This document shows, in pieces, positions 1 through 13,378 of a DNA stretch of 26,272 nt (positions are counted from its first letter, which is position 1; every line of letters begins with the position of its first letter). The translations under genes and the position numbers were made by a program. The notes below the pieces were generated by a model that searched no databases, was not told where the DNA came from, and saw nothing but the letters and a program-made list of their open reading frames with translations. The stretch is from Catajapyx aquilonaris (taxonomy: Eukaryota): NCBI GenBank assembly GCA_000934665.2, contig KZ538278.1:62001-88272 (forward strand). The letters run 5' to 3'.

Positions 1-178
1 GTATGTGTTAGAAAGGGGCATTGAACGACAATGGTCACAGACACAATAAAGGATGGCAATATTGCTTTCTGGACCGTCTAAGGCTCTAGGAATTTAGAAG
101 TTCTTGGTGCCCCGTATGTTAACCTACAGTAGGCTATAATTCAAGATAAGCACAAAGAAAATTTTGAAATGTCAGTTA

Positions 179-384
179 TAGTTCGGTCAACATAAGAACG
201 CAACCGAGTGGCGGACAGGATGCAACACTGGAATCAGAAGTGATCTGTATGGCCATGCCAATGCAATGTCAGAAATAAGTGGAACCTACAACAGATCATA
301 TCGTGTTTATGCACAGATCACTTCTCATTCCAGGATTGCATCCTGTGCCTCACACTCGGTTGCGTTCTTATGTTGACCGATCGA
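179..384. mobile_element. Small TA-flanked MITE (Tc1/mariner-type), ~65-bp inverted arms
   Basis: TCGGTCAACATAAGAACGCAACCGAGTG (183-210) is the exact reverse complement of 353-380. Similarity continues inward to ~247/314. TA lies at 177-178 and 385-386; the outermost 4 bp are degenerate. Confidence 0.8.
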
Positions 385-3300
385 TAGCAGGGTACAGTGA
401 CAGGACTTTTAACAATGTTTTTCTCAGGGTGGAAGCTTTCAACTCTTTTAGAATATCATATATCCAAAAATCCAAAAATCACCATTTAGAACCCAGTTTT
501 TTTTAGTGCCCTATTCACGCACTAACTTGTAAGTCTCTCCCTATTTGAGAATCCGACTCTTCGTATACGTCATAGATGAATGTACATTGTACAGTAACAA
601 GTCAAATATTCATAGGGCGGAGGGCATGAGGGTCACTTGGCTGTGCGTATATGATTCACGTTCAATATTGTCCCAAAACTTTTTGCAGGGCATGTATTAG
701 GCCCATGTCGCATTTTCCAGTGACAAATACTCTGTAGCCAGCTAGTTTACACCGCTGTAAATAACAAAGTCTCCTGGGTTAAAACACAAGGAACATAAGA
801 AATGTAATTGACTGTAATCCCCCGGCTCAATTGTCAGCAAGAAAAAGCAGAGGGAGAAGCGAAGAACTTTTCAAAGCTCCTCCAGCCAATCGATCGTACA
901 TAAAAGTGTTCAGTGTTAAGGTGGCGCATAAATCTCCAATCACTTGGGAAATGACCAAAAAAGGCTTCGTTTGGCTTCCTTTCCACGTCCTGATGTGACT
1001 GGGGACCACGTCGCAACTCCAGCACCCAGAAAATTTTGATAAATGATGTAAACCTTAAAACCCCCAGATGAAAGCTGGTTCCCATCATTCCTCGGAAGAC
1101 ACCACCAACCATCAGCAAGCGTCCTGAGCTGGCAGGCTTGCCGGAGAGAATTATATTAGACTCGATGCTAATAATGCCTGATGACAGCTGATTCCTGTGA
1201 CTTCATTAGGGTTCATTACTGAAATGGCTTCAAGATTAACTGGGTGCATTGCAGCGAAAACGGCACAGGTCCAGAAGCAAGTTGGCTCCCCCAGACTGGC
1301 AAGCTATAGTTGTAATAGCATATGACACGTCCCATGTATAAGCACTTAATGTGTTGACTAGAAAATGGATAAATTTCGTAATTGACTTCTGGTGGAAACC
1401 GGATGAAGGAAGGATAAACACGTCTTTCGTAGTAGATCACTTGAGAAAATGATCCAGCCGAAGCCCCTCTGTTGACCTGCTGTCACAAAGTAAACTTGGC
1501 TCAAATTGAGGAAGGCTCAGAATAACCTGGTCATCACGGGTGGAGCGTTTCTCAAAGAAAACGACAGCAAATATAGATTCGGTTCGGCTACTTTTCCCCC
1601 CCCACCAGGCTCAATTAACAAATTGCAAGGATGATCATAGTTACCTGACAACTGAAAGCGCGGATAGGTTGTAAAGTGCGGACATGACCTGCTTAAGCGT
1701 TACCTGGGTAGGGCTCAAACGCAGCGATTAAAGGTGTCCCCGTACAAAACTCTACCATAAAAACACCTTTCGTACTAATGAAAAGGCCATCTAGAGGCTG
1801 GCAATTATTTCCGAGCGTGACTGCCCCCCAATCGTCATCCTCACATCTGAAATTGGCAAGGCCCCCCCATTATATTTTTCCCTCCATTACATTCCTGCAC
1901 AGCAGCACCTGCTCTTGGCAATACATCCATAATTGCTCCCTGCCATTGTTCCCTCCCAGTCCCAAATAAATGGCCGGAAATGGAGCGCCCTCAAATTCGA
2001 TTTCTCCAAATAGAGAAAAGACTGCAATTCACAAAACGGAGATCTTCAAAATGGGGGGGAATACGCAAGCAAAATGTAAATGCGGGCAAAGATGACGGCT
2101 TTTGGATACAGTGGAGTAGGTTTATAGGCCACTCAAGTCTTGCTGGAAATGATTAGACGGGCCTTATTGGATTAGAGTCGGCAGGCAGCCGTCTGTTCCT
2201 CTGAGCCACTGATATTTCCTTGGCCCACATAATCCTAATGAACTGCGTCCCAGCGGATCACTTGGACGCGCCGCCGGTCACTTTCCATCTTCCTAATGAC
2301 GTCGTCTTCCTTTTAATGGTCGGATGACCCGTCCCCTTTCATTCATTAGCAGGCTTTGCTTCGGTTTCTCCAGAAACCTCGCTACAATGGTCAGTTGCTA
2401 GGAAATTCCGCCCTAACAAACCTGCTGAGGGTTAGGGATAATAGGCATATACGCTTACTGTACGAATACAGGCCTTATTATGCTGGACCCGGCCGGCCCA
2501 ATTACGACCAGAGATTCTCGGGGCTTATCGTTTTCAGGATTTCATCTCTCAGAATGTATGGCTAGCTGTATATGTGGCATGAATAGGTGCTCTGGCATTG
2601 TTGAGGTACACAACAAGAGTGGTGCTCGATAATGACCTGGGTACGGAGAAGAGGCGCACTTCGTGTCCAATTAGTGGACAACATATAGTTCCTGCGGCAG
2701 TTTTGCTACGAAAATAACTGCGACTCCCACGTGGCAGCTTATCTGCGATGAAATCTTGCCACACGGAGAGCAGAGAGACTGTCAGATCCTATTCCGGCGT
2801 GGGCTTCAAGACGTAACAAGTACTGTACACGCGAGAGTAATTTGAGGATTTCAGGAGCTTACCTGTATGTTATTTTCTGATCGGATCAGAACCGAAGTAG
2901 GTCTAGTGGCGGCATTATCAATCTGAGACACTGCAGTACCTATATACGTAGTTTAGTGCAGGAGCACTCAAATCTTACAAAATTAAGTATATATTGCCAT
3001 TTGTTTTTATTATTTTAAAAAAAAAGTGCGACACTGCCAGCGAATAATCCAAAGCCACAGGTTACGCTCTTTTACAACCTCGTTGAATAATTAACCAACC
3101 ATAACCGAGTCGAGAGTAAAGTATTAAAATGCAAATTGTGAACCGTAAACAACGTAAATTAAAACAACAATGGTCAGCATCCCGCCTAATGAAATTTTAA
3201 ATTTCATTTTTAAAAGTCCTGCTCCGACCCAGTTTCACCCTGCCCGAATGCGTCCATAAAATGAGGTTTTCCCTTTCCCATAACGACTGAATGGGACGTG

Positions 3301-6300
3301 TCGAGAAGAGCAGTAAACAAATCACGTGACTGCAAGCTAGACATAAACACGCACTTTGGCTGTCACTCGGGGAATCAAAGGTGTGCCACTTCCCGATAGA
3401 TGTTTCCGACATCCCCTGAAAAAAAGATTGAGCTGACACTCCCATAGACCACACCCCCCCCCNNNNAAAAAAAAAGGTGGACCACCACTGTTGTGATTGG
3501 ATAAAGCTAGAGTTATGTCGATGTAAAATTAAACTCCTCCAAGGTTCTTCCGACGGCTTTTAATAGACCAAAAGCGTTTTAAAAAGTGCATTTAAGCCCC
3601 AGGTGTCCAATTTTACCCCTGACTTATTCTCCGCAAAACGAGTGCATTTTAAGTCTAGGGGAAGGGGGTTTACAGCCCCGTCTCTTTTATTCGCTGTTTA
3701 TTGCCACGTTTGATGTGTGCGAAGAGCTGGGTTCGTTGGGACACATCCGCTTACTCGCTTACCAAAGGGTTTTCCATCTTCGCGTCATACTTTTGCATCC
3801 TTCAAATTATCTTCTTTCAACACTTTTGAAGCCCTACCACGTATCTGGGGAGGGATTTTACGACCCGCGTCCAGATTCGTTGGAAAAGGGTCGGGTGTGT
3901 ATGGACTTGACAGTCATGCTATACATATCCAGACCTGCTGGCGACTATGTAGCTCATAGTGTGTGTACTTTATAGACACGCTACTAGAATTTCTCCGGAA
4001 ATAACGTGCTAGATCCATGTAGTACTCAAGTAACCAAGTTCCGAGTGCTTTGTCTAAATTATGCTTGCTCAGAACTTTACGTGCATATTGCTTTTACGAA
4101 CACTTTTGTGCATAACGATCACACTTTTCTTCACTGCTTTAGCACCGGCAGTAGAAAATAATAGCTTTTTATGTGGATCTGCATGCAGTCTGTCATAAGA
4201 CATAGTCGTCACATCTTTTTTTATATTATTGTCAGCATAAATGTCAATGATGGAAAAGTGAACAGCGATCCATTTTTTCCCACCCAAAAAAGTTCACTGA
4301 TGGCCGCTGAAAAGTTTCCTCTTATTCCATTCTATACCATTTCCTTTTCCCCTCCTTGGTTTCCCCTCCTACGACTGCTATCTTTAACCTCCACTATAAA
4401 GATTTCCCCTCCTATTCGTTCCGAGAGTCACGTAAGCTACGTGACTTTTGACAGAAGGCCAACCCATCAGAGTCCAACGATTGAAATGTGACTGCAAAGA
4501 ATCTGCTACGACGGCAAAGAGTGGGACACGACAGTCATGTTCAAAAAAAAAAAAAACACGTCTGACAGGCGTTTATTTTCTGCGTCTCGCCACATGAGTC
4601 AAATGACGCCGTATAAAAAGGCAGTTTCATTTCAGAGCCCTTACACCCCAACTCCGGCCGCTATTGAATTTCTCAACATAAAAAAGTGCTGGGGGGCCTC
4701 AGTCCAAAGGGGAANGGGGGGGTCCAATAGTTCTTCGCCTTGAGCTGACTGCAGGAGAACAATACACGTCTTGGTGCTATTGTTTTCTAACCAGCACAAA
4801 AGCTGAGGGGTTAGTGAAAATACACTTTGGGGGCCACCTTGACCATGCCATGATGGTAGAGTTCATAAACTAATCGCACTTCTAAGACTGATGTTTATAC
4901 TACTGCTGTACTGCACACACTATTTACGCAAGTGAGTTACTCGTACAAAAACGGGGGCTGCAACTGCATTGCACTTAGTAAATAATAAATGGCGTTGGAG
5001 CTAACAGGTAAACAACTCAATATCTCATTTCCTGTGTCCCGCACCATGGGGTCGACTATAGTCAATCTGCTCTAGTCCAGGAGAATGGGACTTGGCCCCT
5101 CATCTCTATCTCTCCGAGATGAGCAGATACAGCCTGCACACAAGCACTGCAGACACGTTTTCAATTTCCTCCCTCCTGCCACGTGATGGATGGAAGTCGA
5201 ACAAACATTGCCACTAGTACTACCTTTCCTCCCTTCCCTCCTCCCAATCTCCCCGCTCTCCCTCTGCCAGCTTGCCCTGCCCTCTACTACGCCACAAACC
5301 CCAACCTGCCATTTAATCTTTCTTCCAGATTGGATCCCACAACCCCCAGCTGGGATTTTGTTTTTGCCTGCTGTAGTCAACTCCGCCATCCCAGGATCAT
5401 ATATGGCACGTGTAAAATTGCTTCCAGATTGAAATTAAATCCCTGCAAATGAAACTGGCAATAATGCTGGGGGGGTTAGTCGTCAAGGAAACTCAAATGT
5501 CAAATCGGAGGTCCCACTACTTGGAAAGATCGCTTTAAAGACACATACGTTCGATGGTTTGACTGTGTGTTTGTTAGTTATCCATAGCATGGCTCATTAA
5601 TACCTGCACATGTAGCGGCCCCGAACACGGTTTAATTCATGCAATAATAAAGTAGTCTGCAGCAGGCCTCTCCAATTCTGGCTGCCGGTGCTATTAGAAT
5701 TGATTATTTTTGTCGAAGGTCATGCTCATATGTAAACACTGCGCTTTCTCATATCTGCCTATTGCCTGCAGTTTACACAAGTCTTATGAACTCGACTAGT
5801 CTTTTGTCAACTCAATATCTAGGCGTTTCTCCCGGTCTTCACGTTAATGATTTGCCTTATTTGTTCAGATCTTTCCGATAAATTTATTGCTTAAATTATG
5901 CAGCTTATTTGACAACGTTATTCAAATAGAGTACCAGTCATTGTCTGTCAGTTCGCAGGTGACGTGGAGGACTAAAGTGCCCGATAAAGAGTGATTACTA
6001 AGACGTGTGGCATTGGTTTCTGTGCACATGATGCTCGCTTATTTTTGACACGTTTCAAACTAACAAGTAAGATTCGAAATAAAATTTGAATAGTTTCTTA
6101 CGGGCACGCAATTTTAGTTATAAATAAAACACACATCTTCCTTTCACAGTAACACAAGAAATAATCGCATACTAACTTGTAATTATAAATCAGCAGTAGT
6201 GTAGCAGTATATTGTATACACATCTAAGATACACTAATACGAGTAGCACGTAAGAATCCTGAAAACATAATGTGCTCTGTATACCCATGCAGCCAGAACA

Positions 6301-9300
6301 ATGAAGCCATAAAAATTATAACATGCACGTGTATGCAGCATACAAGTACAGTATTCAGTCGTATCTCTATAATGCTGCATGTTAATTTGTCTCAGCATTT
6401 TAACAGACAATGATTATCACAGAATACAAATTGCTGAATCCTGATTCACTGCATTCTGCTCTACCATAAAGACAGGAATAGTATTGCCAGCTCCTCTCAA
6501 GAATGCAAATCTGATAACTTCAAGTTTGCCAACAGATGTGCCATTCCTGCAGTAGTACGAAAGTCCATTGCAGAAAAGCTCAGCATGGCTTGCATTTGAA
6601 AGCGGCTCTGACTCTTTTGAGCCGACTCGGCCCTTACATAATGAGAAGCCTGCGGTATATGTTGATGCCCAATGCTAATGGGGCATAAAGAAGTTGCTCT
6701 GTGTTCTCTGAAGCATAAGACACGAGACCGCTGCCCCACACAGATAAGCTGTAAACGTCCGGAAAGCTGAATTACACTATGCTTGTGTTGACTGGAAGCT
6801 ACGACCATAAAACACACTTCATTAAATATACCGGTACCTCGGAGTGCATCCTGGCGCTTCTTTGCCTTGGAAAACCGGAAGATATAACTTCCAACTGGTT
6901 GGATGCTGCTATGTGCACAGCCTACAGACCATACAGACGATACAGTGTATACGGTATATAAGCCTACGTTACTTTTCAACTAGCGGTAAAATCGTAGAAA
7001 CTCCCTTGTTCACTAAATTAATTTACCATTGACAAAGGATAATACACAATAATTCCCATACAAAACATAGTTGAAAGGTACCTGACGGCCGATTGTTTAT
7101 TACAATAATCACTAAATCGTAATAAACACTGGTAATAATTCAATGAAATAGCAGCAGTATAAAACAAATACATGTATGTAGTGCAGTGTCCACAGCGTGT
7201 CTGTAAATATAATTATTGCGAACTGTCCGCACAAGCTAGGCCATTAGCAATATGGGATGTGAAGGTTTTGCGTGGGCTTGAATAACCTGTAATGATGTCA
7301 AATTCAGCTTAGAATTTGGTTTGGCGAGGTTTGTTATGTAAACGTCACAAAACTGTTTATAGACTTTCGAACAGTGCTGTGGGAGGAAAGGGCTACTGGC
7401 ACACAGCCCCAACTGCAGCACTTATCCTCTCATGTATGCAAACCTTGTGCTCAAGGTGAATAACGCCTATCACAACATACAGGATAAACACATCCCAAAC
7501 GTTTTACAATGAGTTCTACACATTCTTCTAAGACCGTGGTTCTACTGAAGACATTCTCTCAAAGTATGCATGGGCATTACAATACCCGATAGCCCTTTAG
7601 GTCAGTGATTAATTATTGATAAGATGCGAAGGTAACTATGGCAATCTGGATATGAAGAATGTCTTATGGTACCGAAGACATTGACCCTCAATCACCACTA
7701 CAAAAACACCATTGCTTGAAATATAAAAGCAAATTCGAGAACAAGCTTTACAGAGTCCCCCGCTCCCCTCTTCCCAGAGTCTGCCAAAAAGGAAATAAGC
7801 CCTACTGTACTGCACATTGGCTACTCCGGATAAAATCGGCTGCCAGTCGCTGCCAGAAATTGCATCTCTTGGTCGGATGAGTTAGTTCATGCGACCAGCA
7901 GGATTACCAATGCCACATTTCAAGTAGCCAATCCTTAAACTATTCACCCGATCTTAACTGCCAAACACGAGTGGCCCTCCCCATTCCCAGGTGAGAAAGG
8001 CTCCTAGAAATATCACCCAAAAGGCCTCTGGTCTGATTCAAGGAATAGGAGACCAAAAACATTACTGCTCTCCGGTCTTTGACCGGATAAGTCATTCCGA
8101 GGTGAAGCGCTGCGTTTCGTCAGCCTCCGCGCCGCCTACGTACAGTATAATATGTGGGCGCTCAATCAAAATATGGCTTAGTTTATTGTACTTTTGAGCA
8201 TCAGGCCACATTATGGTCTTCATAATGCCATAGTATTACAAAGTATGAGCCAAATTAGGATATCTTCGTTAGTTTGCCAAGATACGATTAACTTGTATAG
8301 GACGACAAAGGAGACTTATAAACCAAGAAACGTGATTTTTTACACCGGGCAAGCACTCCAGGTCCAGGCGATCGCACCAAACACACAATCGCGAATGGGG
8401 TGCATTCAAGGTGTATCACCGGTAGTAGAGGTTGGCATCGTGTATCAAACTGTAATAAAATGGTCATGCCCCGTGGTACAAGATGGAGCAACGTGCAATA
8501 GCTTCCCCTGCCGAGGCTTCGAAAATGAGTAAACAAGCTTGCAAAATAATAAATAAATTACTGCAGTTTATACGCAGTGAACACATGCGGAGTGGACAAA
8601 TTGCGCTTTGTCCCTCTTTTGTGGCTAGCATCGTGCATGTCAGCGTTGGACAACCACGCAACATCTGTTGTGATGCCAACTTCACTACAAAAAAAACTGA
8701 ATCAGGAGCAAAGTTATTTCACCAATTATTGCTTTAGCCGCCAACTACCCTTGTCAAAACAACGCTATGGTAAATGCTGGTAATTTGTGGTACCGCGCGA
8801 ATTTTTCACAGCCACAGGAACCATTCTCATGAGTCAAAAACGAACCCACCCAGTGTCCCACAAAATGCGATTGAAATCAGTGTCCCAATTCTCATCCGAT
8901 TATATCTACCCCCGTTCAGTTATACTAATTCTAGTGAATAATTAGCCCCTATCTTTCTCATCCAACCCGTCGGATAACAACGAATCTGGTCACCCTACAC
9001 TCAACCCTGCAACGTATTCGAGCCGTCACTCTTGAAACATCCAGCAGCTATAGCTGGCGCAAAGCGGGGCGCTAAAGATAGCACATATGGGCTGCTTGGC
9101 AGGGGATAGGCCACACATGTGCCTGCTGAAAGTAACGGCCATGAGTAGACATCCAATGATGATGAATGATGAGAGTGTGACTTCCTGACTGACACACTCC
9201 ACAAGACGTGATAAAAAGCAGTGCTTGAGAGTAAATGGTGCATGGTACTATTGTGTTTGGCCGCCGAGGGCGATCCCCGGTTATTTTCCGGCTGCAATGA

Positions 9301-11216
9301 GCCCCGGTATTGCGCAACAAAAACAAGCTAATCGGAAGGTCGCATGCATGTGTTTGTTTATAAATACCGGGCAGGGCTGATGTCACAAGGCTTTTTCACT
9401 TCATCAAATGTTCCGGGCCTCCGCTGGTAACTGCGGTGTTCTATGAAATTATGACACTCGGCCTGTTCAATATTTGTTGGCACGTTGGGTCAGGGTAGGT
9501 AAATCTGCCTTTCACACGGATGGCTCTCTCATTTCATTAGCATGTAAGCCACTACAGTGTCGTTGCAGCCGTACTTTCCGGAGAATTGACTTGTGCCATT
9601 TGAACATGTTTACAACTTTATAAACATGTTTTCTGCTCATTAAACAGTAATTCATAAATTACTACGTAAACGGCTATAAAAACATGAATGAGTTTTCCAG
9701 TTATGCTGCATGAAATTGCACCTGCACCAGTGGGCATGAATTTGCGGGCCTGGGCCACCGCATTTCGCCTGCTTAGCACTATGATATTTCACCTCACAAA
9801 ACTCGACAGTTTCAACATCGGCATGATACTGCATAATGGCATCTCATCATATTCATCTCCCAATAACATACCTGACACACGTTGATTGCTAGGGGCTAAA
9901 TGAAAATTTCTCCTGATTACATCTAGGCATGTATCGTGCCCACAAAAGAAGCCTGGAAACATGTACCGGTACCTTTTGACCTTTGTACCCTCGAGGCAGC
10001 AGTTCTCATTTTGGCAGAGCTTATGATGACCCCACCCCGCCCCCTGCAAAATGGAATTTCCAGCCCCAACTAGAGGTACATTGGCAGTGTGTGTCAGGCG
10101 CCGGCAGGCTTGATAACGTTAATCCAACCTTGTCTTGCAGCCACAAATTGTCCTTCCTCCATCAAAGCGCTTTTTAATGGGAGAACACGATCGTGTTAAA
10201 AATTTCGCGCCCGGAATCCTCATCATGTAACCCCTAAGCGGTTTGCATGAACACTACAAAAAAAAAGAAAAAAAACACGAGCAGCAACATATAGCATAAG
10301 CTACATACCGGAGGTGGCAGGCATTGAAGTTTCAACCTTCCCCACAGCAAAGATTCACCTGAGCACCTTTTTGACGACCAGGTAAAAGCATCATGCCGAA
10401 CTAAAGGCTTGGGGAGCACCAGACAAAAAAGCCTCTACGGGGGCAGATATAAATTTTGTGCAACGTAGGCGCTGTGTGGGCATAAAAGCTATTAAACCCG
10501 ATCCCAGTGCTGATGTACGAGCAATATCTGAGGGTGGCACATCTGATCAAGTGGTCAAAAAAGCTTTCAGATCTACAGCCTGTCTAGGAATTGTTGCGAT
10601 GGTGACTTGAGTGCTTGCCCTTTGGAATATACTACAGCAATGCCAGAGGTTGAACCGGAGTTCACGCCCATAGCCCAGTATTAAGTTTCCACGTACTTTG
10701 AACCCGTGCCAATGGACTCTGAAATCTAATTTTGCGTGACGTTTTGTTGACTGTCATGTTAAAGTGGCTTACATGCAGAATATAGAAGGAATGTCGTTTT
10801 GACTCGAATCCAACACCATAAATTAAGTTAGCCGTGATTTTTGGCGGATAAAAAGTAGCTGAGTGATTTCATTTGGGGCCAGAGAAGTGCACTTTTCCTT
10901 ATATAGATATACCGTCTCTGCTGAAAGGCACAATATGGTTGTAAATTTAGGGAATATTTCCCCATCCCCTCCCCAGAGACAGAAGTATACGGATGGGGGC
11001 TATTTGGAGGGAACGCCCTGGAAAATCTAGGATGCTTTATAGGTTCAAATGCAGGCTGTAGTGTGAAATCCGTGTGGAACTGTCATTCGACCTGTGACTA
11101 TGAACTTCAAACACTAGGTATGGAATATCCTGGCAGATATGCATCCCTTCCTGCGACCGTAGGTGTTGCCATGCAATTTTCATAATGTATTCCGATGTCA
11201 TTATGTGTCACAGGCA

Positions 11217-11414
11217 GGGGAGACGGAGTGGCGTTGCGGTAACGTACGCGCCCACGGATGTTAAGGTCCCGGGTTCGAACCCAACCCGGGGATACCCCCT
11301 TCATCTCGTGGAGAGTTCTCGGGTCGTCTCTGGCTTCGTTTCGGGTGGTATTTCCGACAGACTAAGCCACCCAGGGGAGCTCACAAAATGACCTTACTGG
11401 TCGATGCACTGCAC
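11217..11414 (+). mobile_element. tRNA-derived SINE, 5' part (Pol III head and body)
   Basis: A-box-like TGGCGTTGCGG (~11230) and B box GGTTCGAACCC (~11272-11282) at tRNA spacing, followed by non-tRNA body sequence. Confidence 0.8.
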
Positions 11415-11620
11415 AAAAACGTCTCCCCACAGCCAACTCCACATCGACACCTCGCCTGCGCCTGCGCCTGCGCATGCGCTGTTCCGTTCATCGCCGATCC
11501 GATCACTCCATCGGATATATGCTACTCCGTAGCAGCTACTGCGATTCCGCTATCCGCTATCCTGCTATCATATATGGTTGTAGTCATATCCGTACGTAGG
11601 GCTGTATACGCAACGAGTGA

Positions 11621-11647
11621 AGGTTAGGTTAGGTTGGGTTGGGTTAG
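11621..11647 (+). repeat. Short (TTAGG/TTGGG)n telomere-like tract
   Basis: AGGTTAGGTTAGGTTGGGTTGGGTTAG read directly. Confidence 0.8.
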
Positions 11648-11810
11648 TACATCGTACCCCTACCCCCTGCCCACATCAAGCAGTGAAAATTAATATTCCA
11701 GCACTGAAAATATCAACACGCTCGTCCCCTCCACGTCATTAGTCATTTAACGGCGGCCTGACCTCTGCGCAGTATAAGAACCCCCCGTCGGAATGAGCCA
11801 TCCCAGCGAT

Positions 11811-12083
11811 GGCTGCTGTAGCGTATCGGTCAGCGCGCTCGACTAAAGATCAGGGGCCGAATTCAGAGAGGTTGCTTAACGTAAACGCGCCCGATTAAAT
11901 CCTTTTAGTCATCCTCGATTAGCAAATTTAAAAGTGCTAGCAAGTGCGATTAGGGGGCGTTTAGCGCTAATCGCCGTCTTTGTATTAGCAGGTTGGTTAA
12001 ATTTGCTAATCGAGGATGACTAAAGGATTTAATCGGGCGCGTTTACGTTAAGCAACCTCTCTGAATTCGGCCCAGAAGGCTGC
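11811..12083 (+). mobile_element. Second tRNA-like SINE head, split by a MITE, B box lost
   Basis: Removing the MITE gives GGCTGCTGTAGCGTATCGGTCAGCGCGCTCGACTAAAGATCAGAAGGCTGCAGG, which looks like the 5' two-thirds of a tRNA (A box TAGCGTATCGG). The sequence stops being tRNA-like where TTCGA is expected. Confidence 0.55.
11854..12073. mobile_element. Young palindromic MITE, probably PIF/Harbinger-type
   Basis: ~78-bp arms (11854-11931 and 11997-12073) are identical apart from a 1-nt indel. Termini are GGGCCGAATTC...GAATTCGGCCC. The flank duplication is CAG (or AG). Superfamily is inferred from the termini and short TSD. Confidence 0.9.
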
Positions 12084-12380
12084 AGGCCCCCCTTCGTCGG
12101 CTTTTCTTCTGTGTCTTTTTTTTCACTCAGTCCCTCCTTATTTTTATCCAGGAATTTATTTAGTACCGTACAGTGCCCTGCAGGAAGTATTGTCAGTCAC
12201 GCGTCATTTTATGGCGAAAATGCAAAGATACCTAGTCGCAGAATAGCGCAATAGCTGAAGCGGCTGCTGAGTAGCAGCTCTCATCTGAGCTTCCCGGCCT
12301 CCCGCACGATGGCGCGCAGGCGAGGTGTCGTTGTGGAGTTGGCTGTGGGGAGACGTTTGTCTATGCGTTTGTCACTGCAC

Positions 12381-12500
12381 CTTGCACATCCCCTCCCAGT
12401 CCCCCTGCCCGTAGGCCCGGGCGCTTCTATAACATGGCCTCCCCGAATACCCCGTAAGTGGTGGCAAGGGGTATTACTAAAATAATAATAATAATAATAA
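12381..12500 (+). mobile_element. SINE 3' part with stem-loop and (AAT)n tail
   Basis: TACCCC-GTAAGTGGTGGCAA-GGGGTA stem, then TTACTAAAATAATAATAATAATAATAA. It resembles the 3' end of the complete SINE at 13379-13682. Confidence 0.65.
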
Positions 12501-13378
12501 ATATATCGCAGGCAATGGAAGTGTTGCAAGTGTACTCTTTGATTACTACTAATGTCTACTACTGTCTCAGTGGCAATGCTGGAGAGACCAAATTACTTCG
12601 CTACATAGAGTGACCCACTGGTGTCCAGCTGTTTCCTAAATAACCTGTCTGAGCCATTATCAAATACCCTGCATTTCGGCTCAAACCTGCCTGGGCTTCA
12701 TGCTCGAGGTTTGCGGTACATACGGTTCTCCTGGATAGCATCTAATACATTTTGGACCAGTTCCCATCCGAAAGATGCCGAGAGAACTCTGCATACCCTC
12801 TAGCCTACGAGTGGGAAAAATATCGTATGTTACATTTCGTGGACTCGGAAAGCCGCAAAAAATAATATCATATTATGGGGAAATCAAAGCGCAGGGAGCT
12901 GTAAGATTCCTTTCAGTGCTGAAATTCGTGCAAAAAAAATGCTATTCTCCCCCACCCCTATGGTGCTTGCTTTTTTAGGAAGATTTCCTACCTTCCAGAC
13001 ACCTGAAGAGACAAAATAGCTCGCAGCCAGCAGTAAATCTTTTCCCACCTTTGTCGCAGCACGGCTGGTGGTCTCGCTGTAAGACGATTGATGGAATGAA
13101 ATAAATCCTTGGGCGCAAAATAGACTGCAATTTGTTCCTGAGACTTGTGGCTCAAATTCTTTGTGCAATAGTATACCTGAATCTTGGTCATGGCATGCTC
13201 GAAGCTATCAAAACATTGTATCATTCAGTGAATATTTGTTATAATTTAACATTCATACTGCAAATAACTGATCCATTTTTATATTTGCTGCCAAATTTTG
13301 TTATATGAAATGGACATGATCAGAGATTTGGAACCTTGTAATATTAATGGTGTGACATTGATGAAGACAGGTAGTGTA

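Larger units (their letters stand above)
11417..12358. repeat. Inverted repeat pair (44/45 bp) bounding a ~950-bp composite segment
   Basis: 11417-11461 AAACGTCTCCCCACAGCCAACTCCACATCGACACCTCGCCTGCGC matches the reverse complement of 12314-12358 with one mismatch. A weaker inner match links ~11520-11567 and ~12238-12280. CACTGCAC is repeated directly at 11407-11414 and 12373-12380. Confidence 0.8.

Noticed and set aside
827..1760. Coding-like stretch with several short ORFs and minus-strand splice-like motifs
   Set aside because: No recognisable protein motif, stops in all frames and no consistent exon chain.
5072..5452. Cys-rich and Pro-rich ORFs
   Set aside because: Explained by C/T-rich low-complexity sequence; no convincing zinc-finger spacing.
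5664..7871. Putative TIR pair around the THAP-like relic
   Set aside because: Only ~14/23 identity and no TSD.
8790..10215. Weak inverted matches (CGCGCGAATTTTTCAC versus GTTAAAAATTTCGCGC; CGGCTGCAATG versus CGTTGCAGCCG) and a faint BEN/DUF4806-like peptide at 9740-10040
   Set aside because: Too short or degenerate to separate from chance by eye.
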